64,000 nt of DNA. Source: Anthoceros angustus. Taxonomy: Eukaryota > Plantae > Anthocerotophyta. Location: assembly GCA_010909165.1 (NCBI GenBank), contig MU008166.1:682001-746000 (forward strand), written 5' to 3'. Positions 1-11,037 of the stretch are shown in pieces; position 1 is the first letter of the stretch, and each line of letters opens with the position of its first letter. The notes beneath the pieces are model-generated. The model saw only the letters and a list, made by a program, of their open reading frames with translations, was not told the origin of the DNA and did not search any database. The translations under genes were made by a program, and so were the position numbers.

Positions 1-28
1 TTCTCACCATCTTCTAATTTGGTTGCAG

Positions 29-373
29 ATGGCAGATCCCTTGACAGCGCTGATGCATGCTGTCCAAGTAATGAATTTTCTGAAGACTCTGATCTTAAGG
101 ACTTTGCGAGAGCGACAGGAGGCCGCTCTTGATCCTCATCCTACTTCCTCGCGGCCTGAGGAACCTCATGAAGATAGTCGGGACAACGATTATGGGGGTG
201 CTCTGCTCAATGGCTTCACCTCTCGAGATAGTAGCGTGAGGGAGCCGAAATTGGAATATGAGGACTACACTCACCGGAAAGCTCAATCCAAGCCGCGTGG
301 CAAGTCGAAGAACAGAGGTGGAAGGCTTGTGAGCACTATAGATCAACAAAGTGAGCGAGTGGAGGCATGGTGA
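29..373 (+). CDS. Last coding exon of a Rho/ROP GTPase-activating protein (RopGAP family); the 5' part lies before the window
   Basis: Acceptor ggttgcag at 21-28, then MADPLTALMHAVQVMNFLKTLILRTLRER, the conserved end of the plant RopGAP RhoGAP domain; stop TGA at 371-373. Confidence 0.85.
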   Translation: MADPLTALMHAVQVMNFLKTLILRTLRERQEAALDPHPTSSRPEEPHEDSRDNDYGGALLNGFTSRDSSVREPKLEYEDYTHRKAQSKPRGKSKNRGGRLVSTIDQQSERVEAW

Positions 374-896
374 GAAGACCATATGAGAAGTCTCCTTCCA
401 TTCGAACTGCAGGAGAGGGCAAGATACTATCGATGCATCTCGTCCACTGATTTGTCGGAAGATAAAGGCACATGAAGACGTTGTTGATGTTGAATGTCCG
501 CAGCGTGCATCTGCGGTAGGTGAGGTGGTTGGTGTTGAGACGCTTCGGGTCTCGGGAGAAGCAGGCGGCAGCCGGTCATCGGACAAGATGGAAACTGGTT
601 GTCAGTCTGGCTTGGAATAGTATCATGTGCAATGTCCGTTTAAGTGACGCAGCAGTGCAAGGCTAGATGGTTCATGCCCTTGGGTGCAAAGTAATTTGCC
701 CTCCTGTCCAGCATCTAAAACTGTAGGTGATCCACAATCAGGACAAAGTTAACTTCAAATCTAGGTGAGAAGCTTCCACATCCTGTACCAACTACCCTGT
801 AAAGTTGTGTAAAATAATTCCGGTGACTTTCAACCCAATGGGTGCTTGTGCACAGAGTTGCATCTTGGTTGCACTTGGGGAATGGCAGTCCTCCTT

Positions 897-1071
897 GTGG
901 AAGTCTGCTTGTAATCATGCCTGTGACTGATGCATTGCCTGTGGAAGTCTGCTCGTAATCATGCCTGTGACTGATACATTGCCTGTGGAAGTCTGCTCGT
1001 AATCATGCCTGTGACTGATACATTGCCTGTGGAAGTCTGCTCGTAATCATGCCTGTGACTGATACATTGCC
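897..1071. repeat. 44-bp tandem repeat, about 4 copies
   Basis: Unit gtggaagtctgctcgtaatcatgcctgtgactgatacattgcct at 897, 941, 985 and 1029 (last copy slightly truncated). Confidence 0.95.
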
Positions 1072-1477
1072 GAAGTCCAAGATAACGTCGATGATCCCCG
1101 CACTCGTTTTCCTCAGCGGCAGTCTCTGGCTGCCTGACCCTGGCAACAATGCTATCGCTACAGGGACTTGCAAGTGTTTGATTTGGATACAGAGCGAGAT
1201 GAGAAATTGCAAACAACTATGCATTTCATGTGCCTGGATTCCGCTGAGGTTTGCGCCCACTAGGGGCGGGGTCTGACAGTGCCGGCGGAACGAGATTCTT
1301 TGGATCGCGGGCTCCTTGGAGTGCTTCTGACCATACTGACAATGACGATATCTGTTGCCTCTGTGCAAGTTGTTTATAAGCAGGATCTTTCTTTGGTCGA
1401 CAGACAGCACACGTGGAATGACGAGACTGGAATGGAAATTTGAATTATAAATTCCTAACTAACGAATTCTAAATCTA

Positions 1478-2560
1478 TGACATGGTAGGGCATACGAGTG
1501 ACGCGGAAAGAGTTTGACATGGTAGGGCATAGGAGTAACATGATAGGGCATATGAAAAACGTAGAAAGAGTTTGACATGGTAGGGCATAGGAGTAACGAC
1601 TCTTTCTACGCAGCTAATAAGGAATCGACAAGTACTAGCTTCCCAGCGGTCTAGGATCTTGCCAATTCACTCCACAACAGACTTGCACGATTCTCGGTGC
1701 TCTCAACCTCACGACGCAACACGAGGCTCCAAGTAGCTCGCCAGCTTTCAACCTCACGACGCAACACTAGGCTCCAAGTAGCTCGCCTAGGCTCCAAGTA
1801 GCTCGCCATCCGCTCTCAACAATTCTCAGTGCTCTCAATCTCCCAACGCAACACTAGGCTCCAAGTAGCTCGCCGTCTGCTCTCAACCTCATGACGTAAT
1901 ACTAGGCTCCAAGTAGCCCGCCATCCACTAACAACTCGCAGACCACCTCCTCGAAGTGGTGCTCTTCATTGATAGAATACACACTTGAGTGTGGCTATCT
2001 ACACCCTAGCTATTGTCCTTGACTTCACTAGCTAGGCGGCTACTGTCCTTGACTTCACTAGCTAGGCAGCTACTGTCCTTGACTTCACTAACTAGGCTCT
2101 CCACACTTCCCTCAACACAAGGAGTTCTCTTATCTAGGCTCTCCACAGTTCTCTCAACACAAGGAATTCTCTTGGCTAGGCTCTCCTCATTTATCTCAAC
2201 TCAAGGAATTCTCCTAGCTAGGCTCTCCACAGTTCTCTCAACACAAGGCTTGCAACGCATCATGAACTGATTGATGATGATGATAATGATGATTCCTCAA
2301 AGTCTTTGCTCTCGCCCTTATATATCCCGCAGGCTTGCCTTAACTAGGCAGCAACTAACTCAAGGGATTCTTACAGACCACTGAGCACTAAGAGTCCTCT
2401 CTAGGCAACTCTTCATTAGTGGCTGTAGCAATTTCTCTCTAATAGGAGATTGCCTAAAGCATGCAACACATGCATCTTCTTAACATGGCAGCTACTCATT
2501 AACTTTTTACCTCTTTTAACTTTTTACCTTTCTATCTTATTTCACCAATACCATTACTAT
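1478..2560. repeat. Compound block of short tandem sub-repeats, possibly a decayed LTR
   Basis: tgacatggtagggcata x3 (1478-1592); ctcaacctcacgacgcaacac(t/g)aggctccaagtagctcgcc x4-5 (about 1700-1920); 30-bp ctgtccttgacttcactagctaggc(g/a)gcta x3 (about 2013-2100); about 41-bp ctaggctctcc..ctcaacacaaggaattct x4. The LTR interpretation is inference only. Confidence 0.6.
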
Positions 2561-2667
2561 AGGGGCCTCTATATGATAATGGGTGACTCCGTCTACACCA
2601 AAATAATATGAAAAGGAGAAACCTGAAGGGCTCCGTGAACTGGAGTATTACGCTCCAAGAAAGCGTA

Positions 2668-2836
2668 TTGGAGTTATACTATTCTCTAGCAAAATCTCAT
2701 CAAAGTTCTCGTACTAAGTATTCTCATAAATAATTTTTTAAAATTAAAACCTATTGGATTTATACTATTCTCTAGCAAAATCTCATCAAAGTTCTCGTAC
2801 TAAGTATTCTCATAAATAATTTTTTAAAATTAAAAC
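2668..2836. repeat. About 84-bp direct tandem duplication, AT-rich
   Basis: attgga(g/t)ttatactattctctagcaaaatctcatcaaagttctcgtactaagtattctcataaataattttttaaaattaaaac occurs twice back to back. Confidence 0.9.
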
Positions 2837-3624
2837 ATTTTTCTTTAAGACAATTTGATCGAAAGTTTTTTTATGCTCCTACAATATCGAAGCTCGAGGC
2901 AAACCCACGATCTAATTCGAGTATAATCCAACAAGAAACCACAACAAATCACTTGGGGTAATTATAGGTGTCCTTGAACACAGTCATTTTTTTTTGCTAT
3001 TATCTTTACCTTGTTAGTGTTTGAATAAAATATTGTATGGAATGTCGAAGCTGAGGTAATCGCAGGTGAAGCTTGAGGCAAATGCTCTATCTTGTTGGAT
3101 TATTATCCTCCAAGAAACCACCGGAAATCAGCTCGAGGGAATTGTAGATATCCTCGGACCGAGATTTTCTTTTCGTCTTTTCCTTGGTAGTGCTAGAGTA
3201 GAATATTGCCTCTACAATGTCGAACCTGGGGTAATTGTAGATGTCGAAGCTGGGATAATCATAGGTGTCAAAGCTGGGGTAATTGTAGGTGTCGAAGCTA
3301 GGGTAATCGTAGGTGTCTGAAGCTGGGATAATCGTAGGTGTCGAAGTTGGGGTAATAGTAGGTATCCTCTGGGGTAATAGTAGGTATCCTCGAACCAAGT
3401 GTTGTTCTTTTGTTTGTAGTGTGAAAATTTTAGAATAAAATATTACTCTTACAATGTAGAAGCTGGGGTAATCACAATCAAATTTATGGTAGATATCCTT
3501 GAAATGAGTCTTCTTCTTTTTTTGTAGCAACTAATTGTAGGTATCCTTGAACCAAGTCCGCTATTTGTTTTGTACTAGTGTGAATTTTTTTTTCCATAAA
3601 TTTTCAAGCTCACAACAATGTGAA

Positions 3625-3670
3625 GGGGGGCGAGAATCGGACTCGCGTCCTCTTGGTGTTTTCCCATGAA
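3625..3670 (-). pseudogene. 3' fragment (variable loop and T-arm) of a tRNA-Pro-derived element
   Basis: Minus strand reads ..GGGAAAACACCAAGAGGAC GCGAG TCCGATT CTCGC; it shares GGGAAAACACC with the 4369 copy and the T-arm with the 6032 copy. Confidence 0.55.
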
Positions 3671-4368
3671 CTAAAACAAAAAACAAAAAATTTTAATTTA
3701 AGTCTACTAAGGACGGACATGCTCTCATGAGACTGAGTTCTCCAGGCAACTTGCTCCTTGGAGTAAACCAGTCTACTAGCACTAGAGGCATGGCTCTTAC
3801 AACTGGTGGCCCCACACACTGCGGAGACTAGGGCAAGATGTTTATAATAGGTGGTCCCGTGGGGCCATGAAGCTTGGGGATGGGTGGCACCCCATCCAAG
3901 CACTAATCCATCCAAAGGGACGTTTAGCTGTGGAGTTCCATTGAACTCATGATTGTTTGCTTGGTAGTGTTAGAATAATGTTGAAGTTGGTAGTAATCAC
4001 AGGTATCCTTGAATCGAGTTTTTTTTTTGAAGTGTGAAAATTTTACTATATAGATAGCAAGCTCACAACAACAACATCAACATCTTTACTTATGTGCACT
4101 AAGGGTGGAAGGACCACCATAGGATAGAAATAATACAGCGTAAAAGAGTAAAAAAGCCGAGTACACATACGTACGTATGAACTAGAGAGACATGAATTGT
4201 TTGAAAAAAGAGACAACAATTATAAGAGTTGAAAAAGAGGCAAAAGCTATAAGAAGTCCAATAAGGCCTATCGATTGATCAAGAAGCTCAGAAAGACAAA
4301 AGCCAGAAAGCTTAAGGATATGAAAAGAGAAAAATCTGTCAAGGGAAAATACAATCATGTGAATGCTC

Positions 4369-4445
4369 GGGCATTGCTAAAATCAAACTCAAGTCCTCTG
4401 GGTGTTTTCCCTTAGCCTAAGGGCATGCCACTAGACCTAACGCCC
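4369..4445 (-). pseudogene. Degenerate full-length tRNA-Pro-derived element
   Basis: Minus strand GGGCGTT AG GTCTAGTGGCAT..AGAGGAC TTGAG TTTGATT TTAGC AATGCCC; A-box and acceptor stem are recognisable, but the T-arm is broken. The upstream flank (atgggaagta) is shared with the 6032 copy. Confidence 0.65.
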
Positions 4446-5289
4446 GTAATACTCACTTAACCAACAGTAAAATGGGAAGTAAACAAGTTGTCTAGTTCCT
4501 GAAAACGTGGGTTGAGTAGAGAGACAAGAGGTCTGAAATAGATTATTTTGCTCCAAGAAAATTCAGCAAATTAGCTAGGGGCAATTGTAAGTGGCCTTGA
4601 ATCAAGATTTGTTTGGGCTCTAGTCTTTTCCTTGGTGATGTTAGAATAAACAGTAGAGTAGACATTATTAATATGTGAGATGGGAAATCCCATGTACCCC
4701 TAAAGTCCGGGACAACCAAAAGGAACAACCCAAAAAGGCTAGTAATGTTAGAATAAAATCTTACCTCTCCAATGTCGAAGCTGGGGTTATCGTACGAAGC
4801 TTGAGACAAAACCTCTCATTGGACAAATATCCTCCAAGAAGCTTGAGGCAAACCCTCTTATTGGACAAATATCCTCCAAGAAAGCACAACAAATTAGTTT
4901 GGGGAATTGTATCCGATATCCTTGGATGAAGCCTTTTTTTGATCTTTTTCTTAGTAATGTTAGAATAAAATAATATCTCTACAATGTGAAAGCTGGGATA
5001 AGCCTAGGGTAATCGTAAATATCCTTTTTCTTATGGATTGTAAAAATTTGATTTCAAAAATTGAGAGGTCATAGTGATATGATGCCATTCAAGAGGTTGC
5101 CAGAATTATCCTTAACCGAGTCTTCTTCTTTTTTCTGAAGTGTAAAAATTTGATTCCAAAAATTGAGAGGTCATAGTGATATGATGCCATTCAAGAGGTG
5201 TTGCTAGAATTATCCTTAACCGAGTCTTCTTCTTTTTTTTGAAGTGTAAAAATTTGATTCCAAACTTGAAAGGTTATAAATATAAGATA

Positions 5290-5875
5290 TAATGTGTCCA
5301 AATGGCTTAGGCCAAATGGACACACGTTTATGACAACGCCGCTGTTAGGCACTCTGTGCTTAGATCATCTTAGGCTTAGATCCTCCTGTGCTGGGATTGG
5401 TATTTAGATGGGGTGCCTAGAGGAAGTTGATGCCCTTGGTGTAAGTAGCTTAGGCACACCATAGTATAAGTTGTTAAGTACCAATATTTAGATGGGTGCT
5501 TGGAGGGAATGGATGCCCTTTGTGCAAGTAGCTTAGGCATACCATGATACAAGTTATTAAATACGAAGTCCCATGCATCATGTGCTTAGATCGGTACTTA
5601 GATGGGGTTCTTAGAGGGAGTGGTTGCTCCGGTGCAAATAGCGTAGGCTCACCATGGTACAACTTGTTATTTCTCACCATGGTACAAGTTGTTAAGTACC
5701 AAGTCCCATGACAAAAAATATCGGTACTTAGATGGGGTGCCTAGAGGGAATGGATGCCCTCGGTGCATGGACTCACCATGGTACAAGTTGTTAAGTCTCA
5801 CCATTATACAAGTTGTTAAGTACCAAGTCCCATAACCAAAACAAATTCGTTACAATGGACTTCTTCTTCTTCTTC
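5290..5875 (+). mobile_element. SINE-like non-autonomous repeat with internal tandem subunits and a (TTC)n tail
   Basis: Begins gtccaaatggcttaggccaaatggac; has 3-4 subunits containing tacttagatggggtgcctagaggga..ccatggtacaagttgttaagtacc; ends tggacttcttcttcttc. It is the reverse complement of copies at about 17.9, 25.8 and 61.8 kb. Confidence 0.65.
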
Positions 5876-6031
5876 ATATCACTTGAATGGACTTCTTCTT
5901 CTTCTTCATATCACTTGAATGGAGTCTTGGACTTTCGATGGAGTACAAAAGTTTATATCACTTGAATGCAGCCTTTTTTTTTCTCAGGTAAATTTTAAAA
6001 ATGTTTTAAAGTTCTCACCTTCATTACATAA

Positions 6032-6108
6032 GGGGCATTGCGAGAATCGAACTCGCGTCCTCTAGGTCATTACGAGTACCTAGCGTCATACCACTAGACC
6101 AAATGCCC
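6032..6108 (-). tRNA. Atypical 77-nt tRNA-like gene with a tRNA-Pro body and an expanded anticodon arm (possible CGT loop)
   Basis: GGGCATT TG GTC TAGTGGTAT GAC G CTAGG TACTCGTAATGA CCTAG AGGAC GCGAG TTCGATT CTCGC AATGCCC C; all four stems pair; TATATAAA lies about 25-30 nt upstream and T5 about 30 nt downstream (5997-6001). Confidence 0.6.
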
Positions 6109-6881
6109 GAGTGGTAACAGATGGGAAGTACTTTATATAAAACAAAAAACCGTCAAGCTCCTCAGATTTCTACGGTCCCGCGCAAGAAAGCAGGTGGTCT
6201 GAATGTTATTAATACAGAGCACATGAAAGGTCATTTTAGTGAAAGGTCATTTTAACCTCAATTCCCCCAAGAGAACACTTTCCTCCCACTCATCGGCTTC
6301 TAGCTGTGGATTCTGTTGGCTTGGGTGCTGTGCGCGTGGGACTGGAGAGTTGTGAAAGCCAGTGATTACAGTGCAACCGGTGCAATGGCATTTCTTCCAG
6401 GTGGGAAAAACCCTCTGACTTGGAGTTGTCCCGGTAGCCTGCGTCGCTTTTTAAAAGCTTTGCTCCGTCACTTTTTATCTTTGCTCCACTTTGAGGAGAT
6501 CCAAGTTTGGGTTGTGTCGATGTGATTTCACAGGACAATGAAGTAGCAAAACTAGCTTGCAATAAGTACCCGGCAGATAAATGTGACTACACAAGACAAT
6601 AAAGCTACAAATTTAGTTTGCGATGCGGTATTATTCAACAGTGGTGTCGTTGGGCTTTCTTTGTGGGCATTTGGATAAGGTAGGTGACAAACTGTCGAGG
6701 TAGCCACTCGCTCAGACACAAAGTAAAATGGTATTTGAATTGTAATGGTTACACAAGGCAAAGAGGCCGGGCTGGAGGTGGCGGGATTTTCATATCCTCC
6801 CTGTCTGCAATGTGCAGACACCCATGATTGTTTGTGGGCATCCAAATGGGTAGGTGATAAAATACAAAGTTAGGCACTTCC

Positions 6882-9845
6882 TTACACCGGTGATGCAACC
6901 TCTGCAAATTGAAGTGGAAGCAGTCTATCCTGGGCGCTGCGAACCAAGTCTTCCATATCCTGCTGGTGGCGTGTGAGCCCAACATGGCCGGAGAAAGTGT
7001 AGTAGTTTTCGATGTCCCATACCGTCTCCAGCATGAAATGCAGCTTCCTCTCCAGGCCAGCTTCCCGAAACTCCTTCACGAAAAACTGGTCCGCATCCAT
7101 GAGAGCATTCATGAGCTCCACTGCATGGCGCCTCAACCTCGGCCGAGAAGTCTTGGTCGGGATGAGCGTCATGAGCTTGAGAACGAACATGTGCTTGTCC
7201 ACTCTGATCTTTGAGAAGATGCTGTCCAGCTCTGCAGCACCGTACTCCCCGGTGGCAACGGCCTGTGAAAGAGCCTGAGCAACCAGGCCTAGTGCGGATT
7301 CCTGGTGTTTCCCCTCCTGCTCCATGACAATGAGGAAGGCATCAGGGATGATGGTGATGAGCTGTGCTTTGTCTGCAGGGGTAGCATACACGCAGAAAGA
7401 GCGCAATATTTTGGCGGATGTGGCCCCGAGATCGGGGTCTGGGACCAGCTCCATGAAGTATTGCAGAGTCGGGATTTTCTGCCCCGTTTCCAGATCCCGC
7501 AGCTGGATCATTCTGCGGCAGTTCTTCTCGTTTTGCAGAGCAAGCAGGTTGAGCGTCTCGCCTGCCTTCTCGGCTAGCTTGAGTTTCTCCTGCGGCATCG
7601 GGGATTCGGGTGGCCAGGTCTTCTTGCACAGCAGGAGCTCAACCAGATAGCGGATCAAACCCCCCGTGCCGCCCAGGCTTTCCCGCACCTTGATGTCATC
7701 GTCCATCGCCAAGTAGGTCAGGAGGTCGACAGCACACGCCTGCATTCGGGGATGGCTTGAACCGTATTGTAGAATGTCCCTGATGTTCCGCACAGCGAAG
7801 ATCACGTGGAGGATGGATGCCCGCAGCTGGGTCCCTGTGGAACCCGGAGTGGATGCCAGCATGCTCAGGATTTGCAAGGATTTCTTGAACACCTTGCCAG
7901 CAGGTCCGATTTCGGATAGCTGGAAATCAGCCTTCGTCCTGACGTGCGTGAAGGATACGAGGATGGGAAGCAAGCTCCTGGTGGCCCCGATTCTGGCCCT
8001 GTTGTTGTGATCCCTGGCCAAGTATTTCAAGATCCGCAGGCCTAGGAGCCGGAGCTTGGTGGCATCATCCCTGGTGTCCGTGTTCTCCAGTCCCTTCAAT
8101 TCTGGAGCACCCAGCAGGGACACGATGCCCTCCAGAGCTCCAGCTATGCTGGCAATACGGAATGTGTTGCGGCTGAAGAACACCAGCCTGCTCACAATCT
8201 CAGCAGCTGAGCTGCGGATCTGCTCCTCATTCTCATTATGCCATGACAGCATTTCCACAAGCCGCTCAAACACCCTGGGAGTGGAGCCGAGACGACGGAG
8301 GCTGTCTTCGGCAGAGGTAGGATCCTTGACAAAGGCTGTGAGCAGCTGGGAGCCTGCTAGCTGGTCCTTGGGGGTATCACTCTGGATGAGATCGATGGAA
8401 TACGCTACCAGGTCCATGTCTAGCCCTGTGAACACGCTCCCTTGTAAGCTCTTGCTGTAAACGTCGTAAAAGAAAGCCTTGACGACGTCTTGCATCTCCC
8501 TAGGCAGCCTGTAGTCCTCGCTCACCTTCATGATCAGCTGTTCGTGGGTGAGCTTCACCTCCCAGTAGAATCTTTCAAACAGGAAGATGGCAGCCTCAGC
8601 GAGGGCCAAGCCGTAGAACAGGTCCAGTGCAAGAATGAGATTGCTGGCAGCTTTCCCGAGATTAGATGACGGGTCAATGAAGTCATGGTGGTACAGCCGC
8701 CAACTTGACAAGACAACACTCGAGATTGCTGAACATATCTGCATCCAGTAGAGATAGAGACTAATTGCCTGAGAAGAAAAGAGGATCAGCCGGGTGCAAG
8801 GTATGAAAGGAACAATTGTGGTAGACCATGTTCGCTTCATCAACACCGGATTCCCACCAGGTGTTGCTGCAGCCTGCTTCAGGATTCTGATGGCCCTGTC
8901 GGCACGTTTTGAAGTCGGGATTTGTCCGCTATCCATCTTCTGTAGTATTGGGGTTGTTCTCAACTCAGCGCCGTCACCTTCAAGTACTGAATGGTCCACG
9001 CCATGCTCGGCATTCTCAGGCTTATGAACAAGGGAATGCAGAGCCGTCTTCACCACTTGTGAGCTCCTCTGCATAACATCAGATCCAACCTGCACATCAC
9101 GGAGGCTGTCAATCATCCCATAGTCACCCATCCTAAACAAAATAAAAAATCTGGAACTGCAATGCACTAAGGGAGGGAGTCAATTCCAAGACCACAGCAC
9201 CTTGTACACAGTAGTGGTCGCCCTTTTGGCTTTTTCCGTAAACGCCTTCGTGGCCTTGGATGCGACATGCTGCCACTCCAGCTCATGGCTCCTGGCAAAT
9301 ATCCTCACCCCTTCGGTGACGAGCAACACCGCTACAACCCAGAAATCAATGGATTTGGCAGTGGTAGCAAACCCACCCAGCAGCACGACAGTCGCCCACA
9401 AAAATGCAAGGGTGCCCAGATTACTAGCTGCCTTCTCCAGAGCCGCCAATCTGAGAGCAAACAGCGTGATTGCAGTCTCCGGAGCCAGCTTATCCTTCTG
9501 CCCATACCACCTACGATCATCATCTTCACCCACAGCCGACTCATCAACAGGCTCTTCCACTGCCTCCAGATCTCGGTCTCCTTTGGGTCCGGCCTGCCCC
9601 TTCTCCGTCATCTCACCTGATCCAGGCGAACTGGTAGCAGAGGTCCGATAGGAAGGGCTGAAAGGATTCGGCGACCGTTCCCGTTCAGAAGAAGAGCTTG
9701 CTAAGATGCTGAACCTGCTGGCGGGAATCCCAATGCCCCAATTTCCACGGCCTTGCCCAGCCCTCGTCAAGCTCGATGTCCTCCGCAGCTCCTCCTCACT
9801 TGTGTCAGGCAAGGCGAATTCTACATGCCTCGAGCTTTTGTCCAT
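6882..9845 (-). CDS. ARM-repeat membrane protein of the BLE2-like plant family, 2 exons (short intron near 9133-9205)
   Basis: Exon 1 PETAITLFALRLAALEKAASNLGTLAFLWATVVLLGGF..DFWVVAVLLVTEGVRIFARSHELEWQH; long exon 2 has TM segments (LALDLFYGLALAEAAIFLFER) and Leu-rich helical ARM repeats; acceptor ttttgtttag. The exact donor is uncertain. Confidence 0.8.
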
Positions 9846-11037
9846 CCTGTCAGTGAGCGGACCCTACAATCAGAGAGCAGAAACAGTGCTCCTGGCACTG
9901 CCACTGCCACTGCTACTGCTACAGCAAGCCACCTGATCCCTACCGAATTCAAGTCCTTTCTGGCGAACACAGAGTCGCATTGTGGTCCACAAACAACCAC
10001 GACACCAAACGAATGCTCGGAGAATCCGACTTTCCAGGACGAAACAACTCCCGAGCCCTCAGGATTCTGGATCCGAGAAGGAGCTGGATGCCCGAAGGCG
10101 GCTTCGCTTAAATGGCAGAAGCGGATGTAGATCGACAGGTGAGCGGAGAGGGAGGACAGACCATGACGCAAGCTCGGAAAAGGCAAGGTAGCTACCAGGT
10201 CGGGCTGCGGATGGTCAACAATTCAGAAAAACGTTGCCTTCGTGCGCACACTTGGAGTCACTTCATCACAACTTTATCTTCCTGCCGTATGCATCTTTAG
10301 CGTCGGTAATTTTGTCTGTCTGGAGCTCTATTTTCCAGTTCCGTCTCTGACAAAGGATCCACTGTGCTACCAGACGTTGGCCCCTCCAGCACACAACTTC
10401 ACGGATTATGCTAACCACCACGCGCTCCCGCTGCTTACCAGCCCCAACTTGTCTGATCCTGCGGCCCGGACCTCTTCCCGGGTTGCCGCTATCAGGCAAC
10501 CACCGAAGGTCACTGTACCACGTGCGGGACGGCGAAGTTTGCTTGGAACCCATCAGCCCATGAGAGCGTGCCAGCGGAGACGGCAAGATATTCTACTCGG
10601 AAAAATTGCTGACCGTGTCATTTGCCCGAGACTGCTTTGTTTTCAGATGTACAGAAGCACAGTGTCATGGTGGCGGTGGTGGTAGCACGGCTTAACAACT
10701 GCCACCTGCTAACGGAGGCGTCATGGTGTGAGCTGTGAGGCCGAGTAGGCCATAGACCAAGGGGACCCAGTCATGCAGAAAAGGTCAGTGTTGGCTTCAG
10801 CCAAACCTCTCAGCCAAACCTTCCTTCGTCCACCCGCTGGAAAGGAGGATTGAGGAATGCTCGGAAGGACGGTGTGGGACCACTCTGGACCATGTCTGCA
10901 CAAGCAATGATAGTTTAATACTGTGGCAAATCTTGGGGGAATAAAGAAAAATCTTCGGACAAATAATGCACGAACGAAGCTCACCTGGGCGAGCGATCCC
11001 GCACGGACCCCTGACACTTTACGAGTCGGGTGGCGTC

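Larger units (their letters stand above)
2880..5270. repeat. Degenerate satellite-like array with a 24-bp core inside larger modules, plus a terminal tandem duplication of about 105 bp
   Basis: Core tgtcgaagctggggtaattgtagg is repeated about 6 times at 3215-3385 and recurs in modules starting tagtgttagaataaaat from 2880 to 5040; tgtaaaaatttgatt..ttaaccgagtcttcttc is duplicated at about 5040-5250. Confidence 0.75.

Noticed and set aside
897-1071. Regular repeats that could suggest a CRISPR array or coding repeat
   Set aside because: Head-to-tail 44-bp units with no unique spacers, not a multiple of 3, in a eukaryotic context with no cas genes.
1478-1600. tggtagggcata as an LTR primer-binding site
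   Set aside because: Occurs three times as part of a tandem repeat; I could not match it to a tRNA 3' end or find a paired LTR.
3087-3530. 147-aa ORF with DTYDYPSF repeats
   Set aside because: Translation of the 24-bp satellite; AT-rich surroundings and no coding context.
8761-8830. Possible intron in the ARM gene (pyrimidine tract ending ctcag)
   Set aside because: The frame is open, the peptide fits the family's KRTW..VP..hydrophobic segment, and no suitable donor was seen.
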